NCBI GenBank assembly: GCA_030704615.1
Contig: JAKLZA010000142.1
Location: 1 to 18,000 of the forward strand
Length of the DNA: 18,000 bases
Direction of reading: 5' to 3'
DNA from: Takakia lepidozioides
Taxonomy: Eukaryota > Plantae > Bryophyta
The first letter of the stretch is position 1; every line of letters starts with the position of its first letter. Shown piece after piece: positions 1 to 11,421 of the stretch. The position numbers and the translations under genes were made by a program. The notes under the pieces are model-generated. The model was not told where the DNA came from, ran no database searches, and saw nothing but the letters and a program-made list of their open reading frames with translations.

Positions 1-705
1 GCCACATGTGGGCCCTGCTGCAGCCACAGGCACGAGCATTCATGACCCTATTATTGTTAAATGAGAAGCGTACGACGGTGTGAGCACATTTTGTTTTGCC
101 CTATCATATTCTCTGTATATTTGTAAAATGTAAAGTGGCTCTTAGTTACGCCGGCTTCGGCCGGAGTCTTCTCTCTCTCTTCCTAAAATGTAAGGAATAT
201 CATTTCTTGCTCATCTAAGCATCTACCCAACTGAGAATTGAATCCAGATTTTTTTCCAAGATCAAATATCTAGAACCAAATCTGGACTTCTTTAAGAAAC
301 AAATCTAGACACAGAACCGACGAGTTCTTTAAAAAAATCTATTTGCACAACACTACCAATGTGATCATGTTCACTAAATGTTTGTTGTCATCTAAATAAA
401 CTACAATACTAGGGAGGAGGACAAAATAGAATATGAGAAGTAGATTTATGCTCTAGGAGACATTTCTCTACATCAAACTTTAGCTTTGTCGACAAGAGAG
501 AGACAAGTTCTACTCACATAGAGAAAAAAAGAACGGCTAATCAGCAAGAAAAAGGTTGTGGTCCGCCGTGCTCCATTTATTTAGCACATAGACCATGTAG
601 GTTCGTTTCACACTGTTCAGCCATAAAACGTATCCATTTTGTAAAACCAAATGCAATTTTGTCAAATCCAACACTCTAGATGTTAACCGGGAACCTCTAG
701 ATAAC

Positions 706-3230
706 GGAAGATAATAGGAATAATGTAAGAACTTAATGCAAGCGCGTCAGGACGGTCCAGCCCTGACACCCGTACCGCCGGTTCTTCGCCTCCGGCAGAC
801 ATCGAAAGGCAGCCGGCTGGGCTCGGTCAATCCCTCCCCACCCTCGCCCTCATCCATCGCGTCGTCGCCCCAGGCGCGTCGTCGCCTCCCCCCCCCCCTG
901 CGTCTCGTTCTGCGACACCAGTCCCCGCTTCCAGCAGTCCGCCAGTTCCTGTAACCCCCGCCCCGGGTTCAACCATCACCCCCATGTAACCCTCTGTAAC
1001 TCCGCCGAGTGTAACCCACATTACCATGTAACCTTTGTAACCCATTAACCCCATGACCCTCTGTAACCCATGTAACCCTCTATAACACCGCAGAGTGTCA
1101 CCCCCACCCCTATGTAACCCTCACTACATGTAACCCTCTGTAACCCATAAAACCTTATAACACCCGCAGAGTGTCACCCCCACCCTATGTAACCCTCACT
1201 ACATGTAACCCTCTTAACACTTTGCAACCTATGTAACCCTATGTAACCCTCTGTAACACCGTAGAGTGTCGCCCTCACCCCTTATGTAACCTCCCTCCAT
1301 GTAACCCTCTGTAACCCATGTAACCCTCTGTGACCCTTTGTAACCCTCACCACCATGTAACCCTCTGTAACAACCGCAGAGTGTCACCCTCACCCGTATG
1401 TAACCCTCATTCCATGTAACCCTCCTGACCCTCTATACCCACTCCATGTAACCCTCTGTGACCCCTATATCCCTCACCAGGTGTAACCCTTACCTCCATG
1501 TAACCCTCTGTAACACCGCAGAGTGTCACCCTCGCCACCATGTAACCCTCACTCCATGTAACCCTCACAAACCCTCTGCTCTGTAACCTATAACCCTCTG
1601 TAACACCCTAGAGTGTCGTCCTCACCCCTTATGTAACCCTCTATAACCCATGTAATCCTCTGTGACCCTTGTAACCCTCACCACCATGTAACCCTCTGTA
1701 ACACACGCAGAGTGTCACCCTCACCCCTATGTAACCCTCACTCCATGTAACCCTCTCTGACCCTCTATAACCCTCACCACCATGTACCCCTCTGTAACCC
1801 ATGTGACCCCTCTATATCCCTCACCAGGTGTAACCCTTACCACCATGTAACCCTCTGTAACACCGCAGAGTGTCACCCTCGCCACCATGTAACCCTCACT
1901 CCATGTAACCCTCACAAACCCTCTGTGGCTCTGTAACCTATGTAACCCTCTGTAACACTGTAGAGTGTCGTCATCACCCCCTTATGTAACCCTCTGTAAC
2001 CCATGTAACCCTCTGTGACCCTTTGTAACCCTCACCACCATGTAACCCTCTGTAACACCGCAGAGTGTCACCCTCACCCGTATGTAACCCTCATTCCATG
2101 TAACCTCTTTGACCCTCTGTAACCCTCACCACCATGTAACCCTCACCCATGTAACCCTCTGTGACCCTCTATATCCCTCACCAGGTGTAACCCTTACCCT
2201 CCATGTAACCCTCTGTAACACCGCAGAGTGTCACCCCCTCGCCACCATGTAACCCTCCGTAACCCTCACAAACCCTTTGTGACACCGCAGAGTGTCGCCC
2301 TCACCCCTTATGTAACCCTCACTCCATGTAACCCTCTGTAACCCATGTAACCCTCTGTGACCCTTTGTAACCCTCACCACCATGTAACCCTCTGTAACAC
2401 CGCAGAGTGTCACCCTCACCCGTATGTAACCCTCATTCCATGTAATCCTCTCTGACCCTCTGTAACCCTCACCACCATGTAACCCTCTTTGACCCTCTAT
2501 ATCCCTCACCAGGTGTAATCCTTACCACCATGTAACCCTCTGTAACACCGCAGAGTGTCACCCTCGCCACCATGTAACCCTCCGTAACCCTCACAAACCC
2601 TTTGTGACACCGCAGAGTGTCGCCCTCACCCCTTATGTAACCCTCACTCCATGTAACCCTCTGTAATCCATGTAACCCTCTGTAACCCATGTAACCCTCT
2701 GTAATCCATGTAACCCTCTGTAACCCATGTAACCCTCTGTGACCCTTGTAACCCTCACCACCATGTAACCCTCTGTAACACCGCAGAGTGTCACCCTCAC
2801 CCGTATGTAACCCTCATTCCATGTAACCCTCTTTGACCCTCTGTAACCCTCACCACCATGTAACCCTCACTCCATGTAACCCTCTGTGACCCTCTATATC
2901 CCTCACCAGGTGTAACCCTTACCTCCATGTAACCCTCTGTAACACCGCAGAGTGTCACCCTCGCCACCATGTAACCCTCACTCCATGTAACCCTCACAAA
3001 CCCTCTGTGGCTCTGTAACCTATGTAACCCTCTGTAACACCGTAGAGTGTCGTCCTCACCCCTTATGTAACCCTCTGTAACCCATGTAACCCTCTGTGAC
3101 CCTTTGTAACCCTCACCACCATGTAACCCTCTGTAACACCGCAGAGTGTCACCCTCACCCCTATGTAACCCTCACTCCATGTAACCCTCTCTGACCCTCT
3201 GTAACCCTCACCACCATGTAACCCTCAGTA
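706..3230 (+). repeat. Left TIR (~2.5 kb): unique outer segment 706-~950 plus C-rich TGTAACCC satellite array ~950-3230
   Basis: 706-843 differs from the right end at only 2 positions (734, 779). The inner end TCACCACCATGTAACCCTCAGTA (ends 3230) matches the right-arm TACTGAGGGTTACATGGTGGTGA (starts 15629) in inverted orientation. Confidence 0.93.
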
Positions 3231-3250
3231 TCACCGCCTCGTGTACATCA

Positions 3251-3308
3251 TACACGTGTAAACTATCCGACGGCCGAATGGAGGTTTAAATAGAGGCCGA
3301 AACCCTAA
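3251..3308 (+). promoter_or_regulatory. Candidate plus-strand promoter just inside the left TIR: G-box palindrome, TATA-like box and telo-box
   Basis: TACACGTGTA 3251-3260, TTTAAATA 3285-3292, AAACCCTAA 3300-3308, then pyrimidine-rich sequence. Motif match only; no expression evidence. Confidence 0.4.
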
Positions 3309-3402
3309 TTTGCTCTCTCCATCCGTTTCCAGATTCTTAGCTCGCTCGTTTTTTTGCTTTGGGGCATCAGCTTTCTGCAATTCCCATGGTGCCCAATCGG
3401 CT

Positions 3403-3780
3403 TCACACATCAATGCGAAAGATTTGTAGTTCATTCAGTTCAGTATCGTCATCCCAGCAACATACAAGACAACTCTTTCCGTGCAACGATCCGTCAAATT
3501 TATTACCACGGTTTTCTCTACGATTGATACGGTTGTCTCTATTCTTTTTCTTTCTCAATGTCATTCTTGTTGTTTTGTCACCGTCCCCGATGGCTATGGT
3601 ATTCCTAAGATCCGCATTAGGAAAGGGTTTTGTTTCTTTCGGTCTAGCCATGCAAGCAGCCGCTCATTTGACGGGGTGCCCATTCACTCTCCTCTCGTGT
3701 ATCTTTTGTTCACACACCAGCCGGGGCAGCCTACTCATCGCTATTATGGATGCAATACGTATCGAATCATGCGTGTTTTG
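3403..3780 (-). pseudogene. Decayed inverted paralog of the zinc-finger exon of the accessory gene
   Basis: The minus strand reads CEQKIHERRVNGHPVK*AAACMARPKETKPFPNADLRNTIAI, versus CGAVKVDKSRLNRHIVDGTAACMARPKGTKPFPDAELKHAMAV on the plus-strand gene. 3589-3660 vs 4795-4866 match at 56/72 nt. A TGA stop aligns with a Gly (GGA) codon. Boundaries are approximate. Confidence 0.75.
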
Positions 3781-4548
3781 CAAGCACTGTCAACCGGTTA
3801 CATGTCTGATGGTTTATATGACTACCTCACGTGTGGTATGGTTACACACAGGGGGTTACACGGTGTTTTCTTTCTCAATACATGCTAGCTTGGTAGACGG
3901 TTTAGTAATGGAGGTTTAGATGGGTTGACATGTTTGATGGGTTACGTGGATGTTGCGCTCGCGGAGCCACATAGGCTAGGGTTACATGGGTGGGGCATTA
4001 CATTGACCATGTTTACCTGGAGGTTGCATACTAATGGTTTGATATGACAGGGTTACATCGATGTTGTGTTCGGGAGTCACATAGACTAGGGGTACATGAG
4101 GTTGTGACGAAGGGTTACATCATATCTGGGTACCTGACGGAGGGTTACACTCGACGTGCCTGGCATTCGAGTAACGGCCGGTTTGTCGCGCTCACAAGTG
4201 TAGGGTTACGGGTTACACTCCGCTATTCCGGGTGACACCGGGATTGCAACTCATACACGTGTGAGTCAGTGCGGATATAATTGATTGCAAGCCGCCAGAT
4301 TTTAATGAACCGCCGTCTTTCGCTTAACCGACGTGCCTTACGGGTGACATCTAGCTAGCTTCGTTCTTCGTTCTTTGATCATTGTTCAGTTTTCCCCTTC
4401 TCGCAGCCATTCATATTCTTCCTGCACTCCTTGCTGTGCGTGCTCCCTGTTGTGCATTCTTCGGAATTCTCTTGGTCTTGGTCTTTTCTTGTCTTGTCTT
4501 TTCTTGCTCTTGCTCTTCTCTTCTCTTCTGTCAGCTTTTTCTTTTGTC

Positions 4549-7500
4549 ATGGCTGATTGTTATTTGTTCCCTGGAGAGGCTACTATTCCATTTGATCACT
4601 TGAAAAGGGATGGCGAACGAGTTCGCTTTTGGTACACTGAGCATGAGCATGCTACAATGATCGCGTACTGCCACACCAGGTGTAGAGAGGCCAAGGTGGA
4701 GGGAGCAAAGGGCCGGCCTAAGTTCAAATGTCCTTATTGTGGGGCAGTAAAGGTAGATAAGAGCAGATTGAATCGGCATATTGTCGATGGAACGGCCGCA
4801 TGTATGGCCAGACCGAAAGGAACAAAACCGTTTCCTGATGCGGAGCTCAAGCATGCCATGGCTGTTGAAAATGTGATGAATTCTGTTCCAGCTTCTTCTG
4901 TTGATGCATATCATGCATGGATTCTGCAAAATAGGGTGGCTTTGGGTGAGATTGCAGATCCTATTGAAGTGCCTGCTGTTGTACCTTCTTCGGCTATTTC
5001 TGCTACAGAGGTTCCATCTTCTAGTGCTCCTGCTGTTTCTGTCCCTGGTCCTTCTATTCGGCAGGTTTCTAACGAGAGAGACAAGCGGCGATTGAGCCCG
5101 CCTCTACCTGTCCCTATTGCAAAGAAAATCAACATTGCAAACCGGGGAAACCGGAGCTCAAGGTTCATCTTGCGAAAGAGAACTCCAGGCTCAATCCTTC
5201 TGCTACCGCATGGCCTTATTCCTCAGTTCCCATTTCCGAATGTCAATGAGAAGGGGTTTTGGCCGGCATTCCAAGAATTTGTTGCGCGAGGCGAGGGCGC
5301 AGTCCATGCGACAGCTGCAAAATCAAGTTGGGTTCTATCGACAGACAATCAAGTTGGATTCCCTGCCATTTCTCTGTTTTTCAAATTTTGGGCTGTTGTC
5401 TATCCATGTAACCCTTTGTGTTACCCCCCTGTCTCTCCTGTGGCGTGTAACCCAGAGTGTAACCCACCTACAGAGGACCCCTTTTAAAAACCCCTATGGT
5501 GTGTAACCCACCTCTGTGTAACCCCGTGTAGCCCATCTTGTTTGTAACCCATTTTCATGTGTAACCCCTCGTGCTGTAACATTTTTCTCTGGTGTAACCC
5601 CTCACGCTGTATTGCGCAGGGAGGTCGATATCATCTTAGAAGCGATGATATGGACAGTGTTGTTGCTGCCCACAAGGCATTTACTGCCCAGCCGGATCAT
5701 GGTCCGTTAATGATAGAGGAATTGAATCGGGTGAAGGAGTATTTAGAGAGCATTGGGCATCCTGACATGCCAAAGCAGAAAAAGAAAAAAGGTGGGAGAC
5801 TTACACGAGTCCATCGAGAGAGCCAAGCCTCACATGATGATGACACGATGGACGAACTAGCTGTTGGCAATACCGACCTTGACGATGCCAGAACTTCAAA
5901 TCCTCTTGTCATCACTATTACTGTAGATGGAATCAAAGGTTTGGTTGTTCCACATCCGTTGGAATTCACTCGTGGTTTTGCCGAAGGATTGATCAGTCAA
6001 ATGGAGAATCTCACCAAACCGCACATTGGACCGCCACCACTCCTTTTGAGAATTCTAGCCCACAACGATGTAAGAAATCATGGCAGGTCAGTTTCCCAAA
6101 CGCATCCCAGGTTGGGGTTCACGACTGAACTTCTGGAAAGTGCTCTTACGGCCTCAAAGGTGAAGGACCTGGTCGATGAGTATTACGGCTTTAGTCTGAT
6201 GTACTTTGCACAACCTGGTGACGGAATTGCGACCTTGGATTCTGAGCTCGAAGACTTAAGATCGAGTTTGAGTACAGAAGAGTGGGGTGACCGGTCAATT
6301 AAGATCAACGGAGCTATACAGTTTTGCAAGGCAAGCCGTCGTCGCGCCGCCCATCACTTTGCGATCCAACAGAGAGAATCGTTTATCCAGCTTTGGTGTT
6401 GTGGCCTCTTCAGCGAATCACCAACAGAAATGGACTTCAATGCGCGTTTGGGCATCCAGTATATGAGAGACCTTGGGTCTGTAGTGCCTTGGTATCTCTG
6501 TAAGTGTTACTCCATCCACTGTCACCCCTCTCGTCGTGTAACCCCTTTGTGTGTAATCTTGTAATCATTGTAACCCTCGCTATGTGGAACCTTGTAACTC
6601 AGTGTAACCCTCGTTGTGTGTAACCCTGTAATCAGTGTAACCCTCGGCTATGTGGAACCTTGTACTCAGTGTAACCCTCGCTGTGTGTAAATCAGTGTAA
6701 CCCTCGGAGTATGTAACCCTGTAATCAGTGTACCCCTAATGGTACCCCTCGCTGTGTTACCCTAGATTTGTTACCCTCTCGTTGTGTAATCTCAGTAGTG
6801 TAACCCATGGTAGTGTAACCCATTGCAAACTACTGTCTCTAACAGGGTGGTGTAACCCATATCGTGTAATCCGAACCACTGTCTTGTCCTAGTCAGTGTA
6901 ACCCTTACATAGTGTAACCCTTGCACTTTCAAAAACCTCGTTCCACGACTAAAAACCTTTGTCTTTTCCCCGATGCAGATGAGTCCGAGCTCATGACCAA
7001 TCAAGTCGCCAATGCGTTCAAAAACCTTTTTGAGGCTCAACGTGAGCTTCACGAAGTTGTGTATGGGGCCCCTCCACAATGCGATACAGGGGGCGTAGGG
7101 GGCGCGCAGACGAGCGATGGGCCAATTTCCGCCCCGCAGAGCGACGATGTACATGACGAGGACATCATTCCAAGTCAATCTGCCGTTGTATCTTTGTCGC
7201 AGGTTGGTGAATTGTACTCAACCCAGCTGCACTTAGGGGTGAACCTAGCAGACTTGACGCGGGATTTGCCCATGATTTCTGATACTGATACTGAAGATGA
7301 TACATCAAGGTGGAACACCCAAGTGCGAACCTCTTTGTCCGCAGCCCCAGTCATTTCTTTTGAAGGTCTTAATCGAAGAATCGGGGACCCGCTTGACCCA
7401 GAGTCTGTGTATGACTTTGAATCTGGAGATGCTGGGTTGAACCCTCGATGCAGCAATGTAAGTATTTGTCAGGATCATGTGGTCAACCTCTCTCAGAATG

Positions 7501-10072
7501 ACCCAGCCTTCGTGGGTCCCATTGATGCGCAGGGTGACTCTGCAAGGGGAGGATGCCCTGAAACCGAGGGTTACACTGCACCTGAGGGTGACACTGTGCA
7601 GAGAGGAGCAACAGGGAAGGAGGGTTACACTGCACCTGAGGGTGACACTGTGCAGAGAGGAGCAACAGGGAAGGAGGGTTACACTGCACCTCAGGGTGAC
7701 ACTGTGCAGAGAGGAGCAACAGGGAAGGAGGGTTACACTGCACCTCAAGGTGACACTACGGATACCGGTGTGGCTGACAATGTCGTGAGGGACATTGTCG
7801 TGGGTGACACACCATTGCCCGTGAACACTGCAACTTCCGTTGAGAGTGACATTGACATGGGTTACACTGATAGGGGTGACACCCCACAGCCAACCCACAT
7901 GGTAGATGTCAGTGAGTGTAACACTGTCATGGATGACATTCCACTACCACTAGTCGTGGAAGGTGACACTCCTTTGCCACGGCCACTAGTCGCGACGGAT
8001 GACGGTCTTCTGCTAGTCAACATGGTCTTGGAGGGTGCGGAGAAGGGCGACACAAACAAGGATGGCATTGAGGAGGTTGATGCAAAGAAGAGTGACATCG
8101 ACATGGGTGACACGGGGAAGGGTGTCACCGAGGAGGTTGTCAGTTGGAAGGGTGACACAAAGCAGGGTCACACTGAGAAGCGTTTCACTGTGGAGAGTCA
8201 CGAAGAGAAGGATGTTGCGGAGCATCTAGACACTGAGAAGAGTGACACTGCCAAGGGTGACACACATAAGATTGTTACTCAGCAGAGTGACACTGGGAAG
8301 GAACCCGATGAGAAGGGTGACACTGCGAAGAGTGACACTGATAATGCGGCCAAAGAGAAGGGTGACACTGAGAAGGTAGCCGGAGAGAAGGGCGACACTG
8401 AGATGCGTGACTCTGAGGAGGTAGCTGAAGAGAAGGGTGACACTAAGAAGAGTGACACTGAGGAGGTAGCCGAAGAGAAGGGTGACATTGAGAAGGGTGA
8501 CACTGAGAATCGTGACACTGAGGAGGTAGCCGAAGAGAAGGGTGACACTAAGAAGCGTGACAAGGGGTTTGAACAGAAGGGTTACACTGACAGGGGTAGC
8601 ACCGAGGAGGTGAGCTGTGACACTTCTGCCCTTGGTCAATCACCTTCCCAGCACGTCTCAGACGAGGGAGTGCAGTCTTCAGCACTTGCAGCAAACTCAG
8701 AACAAGGCACCTCTGGCTCAGAAATTCCCCCTATCGGCGGCATTGTCAGGGTTGCAGAGAATCCCAGGAGGTCAAAACGGCCGCCTGCTCAAAGAAAGCG
8801 GTTGGCTGAACCCCCTAGCGCTGACAAAGAAGTATCTGTTCTTGTCGCACCCAAAAAACAGCGAACCAAACCGAAAGGCAAAAGTGCAGGGGTCTCGGAG
8901 GTTGACGTTGTCCAGCAGCAAGAGGTCCTGCCAAGCACTTGCGGGAGCGTTCGAGGTACCTCATTGTACTTTGATCCTCTCTGATTTTGAATATTGATTA
9001 TAACTCTTGTATGATGCATCGTAATGTTCGTAATGTGCGGTTTGTTGTGCAGACTAAAACAACGGTACTTGACAAAGTTCAGAATGGTGTCGGACCCTCC
9101 TGGGGCGCCCGAAGTGAAGTTTTATTATGGCGATGCCTTCCTGGCTTCTAGTCCGTTACAGTTTTACTTGGAAGAGACAGATTTTGAGCCGATGTATAAA
9201 ATAAGAGCAACTGTCACAGATGCATTGCTCTCGGGTTACAACAAACTTCTGGAGGCCAAATTGTTTAAGGCTATCGCACCTGAGTTTGTCATCTGTGCTC
9301 CTTTTCAATGGCATGTCATGCGTACCAATGGTAACGATCTGCAGACGCTATTCGGGTTGGTGCAAGAATGGTACACTCAGGATGCCCGAGGGATGGTGTT
9401 CACAAAGAATCGAGATCTTGTGGACGTGGTTGTCATCCCTATTGTCTTCGAGTAAGTAATTTCAGCATTGACTGAGCATGTTGGGTTACACTCCTCTATT
9501 CTAGACTGAGTTGCACTAGTGACTGCTGACTAGTTGTGTAACACCGTTTAGAGTTACAGTACAAAGGGTTACACTACTGGGTTACACCACAATGGGTTTC
9601 ATTGGAGATGTTTTTTTCTATTCTGACGTAACGGCTTTGTTTGTGTTGCAGTGATCACTGGAGTGTTGCTGTTTTAGAGCGCCGAGGTCGGATAGTACAT
9701 TTGGACTCCCATAAAACCATTGCCCGACCCAAACTCATTGAAGGAATTTTGCGAAATTTTGCCATAGCGTTCTTTGATTTCATGCCTGGATCTGATGACT
9801 TCAGTTACGTCATGGAGAGGATGGAATGGTTTGAGGCCAGTGTCCCCCAACAACGGAGCTGTTGGGAGTGCGGCTATTATGCACTTTGTTTTGTGCAATT
9901 TTACTTGGAGTGGAAGTTCAATGTGAAAACCACAGAAGATCGAACCCGTCATAGGCGGGCGTTTACTGCAAGTTGGTTCAACGAGTCAACCATGATAGCT
10001 TCCCGTACTCATATGATTAGTTGGCTGTGTGACGAGATGGACAAAGACTTGGTCAGATGGCCAAAGAAATAA
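4549..10072 (+). CDS. Spliced TE accessory gene: C2HC zinc finger + unknown domain + acidic repeat linker + Ulp1/SENP-family (peptidase C48) protease. Exons 4549-5352, 5620-6499, 6979-8955, 9053-9451, 9652-10072; ~1,493 aa if one base is restored near 8911
   Basis: ATG at 4549 follows a CT-rich leader. Introns 5353-5619 (phase 0), 6500-6978 (GTAAGT..GCAG, phase 1) and 9452-9651 (GTAAGT..GCAG, phase 2) join the ORFs in frame. Intron 8956-9052 joins in frame only if one base is added near 8911 (giving VDVVPAARGPAKHLRERSR/LKQRY). Exon lengths sum to 4481 nt. The 5353 donor (GTTGGA) is weaker than the others. Confidence 0.75.
4723..4803 (+). other. C2H2-like (C2HC) zinc finger FKCPYCGAVKVDKSRLNRHIVDGTAAC
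   Basis: F-x-C-x2-C-x12-H with the conserved L-x-x-H. The probable fourth ligand is a Cys after a 7-residue gap. Confidence 0.7.
5400..5605 (+). repeat. TGTAACCC motif cluster in intron 1 of the accessory gene
   Basis: Repeated (G)TGTAACCC with variable spacers inside intron 5353-5619. Confidence 0.8.
6515..6920 (+). repeat. CAGTGTAACCCTCG motif array in intron 2 of the accessory gene
   Basis: Dense AGTGTAACCC copies, including a duplicated ~34-bp unit containing GCTATGTGGAACCTTGTA. Confidence 0.85.
7566..7757 (+). repeat. Coding tandem repeat, 54-bp unit x ~3.5 (EGYTAPEGDTVQRGATGK)
   Basis: Units start at 7566, 7620, 7674 and 7728 (partial) and are nearly identical. Each full unit carries GGGTTACAC and GGGTGACAC. 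Confidence 0.95.
8040..8590 (+). repeat. Coding degenerate 15-bp-based repeat (AAGGGTGACACTGAG; K[G/S]DT pentapeptides)
   Basis: Recurrent EKGDT/KSDT/RDTE peptides encoded by variants of GGGTGACAC. Confidence 0.85.
9053..10072 (+). other. Ulp1/SENP-like cysteine protease domain (split by intron 9452-9651)
   Basis: Spliced VVIPIVFD-DHWSVAVL (His 9656-9658), HLDS (Asp 9704-9706) and VPQQRSCWECGYY (oxyanion Gln 9851, Cys 9869-9871) follow the canonical C48 motif order. Confidence 0.9.
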
Positions 10073-10119
10073 ATAGCGTCTCTTGATGCATTTTTGCTTC
10101 TATGTGGTTTGTTCGTAAC

Positions 10120-11310
10120 ACTTCATAGTTTGGGTTTCATGCAATGGGCTTACATGGGGTTACACCTTATAAGGTTACATGAAGTGGAATCATAGACAAG
10201 TACTTGGGTACACCTTTGGGCCCTGGGGCAATGGGCTTACACTCTGTGGGTTCACACATAAGTGATGGGTTACACCATGCCGGGTCTCACAACGTGGGGT
10301 TACACTTATGGGTTACATACCTGGCTATGTCAGGGTCACGTTGCTGAAACAGTATACTTTCGTGGCATGTAACCCCACCTCGACTATGCGCATTTGTTTT
10401 ATTTTTTATTTTTTTCGCACTGAAGTGTTTGTGCACTGAAGTTCTCAGATTTATACTACATGGGGTTACATACATGAGGGCTATGTACAATGGGTTACAT
10501 ACGATGGGGTCACAATAGTGTGGGGGTAACATCTGGTCGGGCTACATACTTCTTGGAGTTACAACACTCTGGGTTACACTCACTCAAGAGGGTTACACAG
10601 TTCTAAGTTACACTGTGCACAATGAAAGTGGGCAGGGTTGCCTATACAAGGGCTACGTGTCGTGGGGATACATAAGATGGGGTGATGTAGCATCGGGGTT
10701 TATAGCGTGCACCCCAAATTGTACAATGGGTTACATGCGATGGGGTGACATCAATGGGGGTTACATATGGTCGGGATACATACTTCTTGGGGTTACACAA
10801 CAACAAGTTACACTCCGGAGGGCTACACTGGTCCATAACATAGGTTGAACGGAATGATTATCTATCTCATGGATTACACGTCCATGGGTTACACACAAAT
10901 TGGGTTACACATAGAGGGGTTACACATACAGGGGCTAGTGTTGGTGACTAAAGGTGCTCGACTTCAACATCTTCCCACTCTGTATTGAAGGGTCATGTAA
11001 CCCCGGCAGACTAACCCAGACCCTGTAGTCACATTGTAGTCACATTGTTCTCAGAGTTACACCACTGACAGCAATATTCTATGGGGTTACATACTAGGTT
11101 ACACTGTTGATAGTTACATTGCAGTTACACTTGGAGTTACACCACAATGAGTTACACTGAAGAGGTTCACACTCATCTGTGTTACACTGTGTGGAGTACC
11201 ACAGATGCAAGTTACACTAAGTAGAGCTATGTTACGTTATGAAACCCCAGACAGTGTAACCCTGCGGTGTGTCACCCCGGCCCATGGGTGTCCCATTGAG
11301 TGGGTTACAT
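10120..11310 (+). repeat. Intergenic spacer between the convergent genes, saturated with dispersed TGGGTTACAC motifs
   Basis: Dozens of GGGTTACA/GAGTTACA copies, mostly in one orientation. No credible ORF. Confidence 0.8.
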
Positions 11311-11421
11311 AGGTTGAATGTGGATGGAATGGCAAAGTGAATAACAACCCATGAACAGACATGTACTTCATATTAAACTTGGTGATCACAAAGTAAGTGT
11401 CATTGCCAATGGACTCAATGG

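Noticed and set aside
1-705. Gene or element in the left flank, including the small inverted repeat near 150-165
   Set aside because: AT-rich sequence with no ORF or recognisable motif. The short inverted repeat is compatible with chance.
736-2997. Short ORFs in the left TIR (MQARQDG..., VTEGYMVVRVT...) and their mirrors at 15642-17360
   Set aside because: They are translations of TIR and satellite sequence. Reading frames are not conserved between the two arms.
950-3230. CRISPR-like repeat array
   Set aside because: No unique spacers, nested variable units, no cas genes, and a eukaryotic intron-containing context.
3359-3919. 186-aa and 135-aa plus-strand ORFs
   Set aside because: Non-ATG starts and no recognisable motifs. 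They are antisense to the decayed ZnF paralog, which explains the region better.
4375-4548. Hydrophobic signal or transmembrane N-terminus of the 370-aa ORF
   Set aside because: It comes from a TTG start through a CT-rich leader. The first in-frame ATG is at 4549.
7175-8639. Several minus-strand and alternate-frame ORFs over exon 3
   Set aside because: Shadows of the repeat-rich, stop-poor coding strand.
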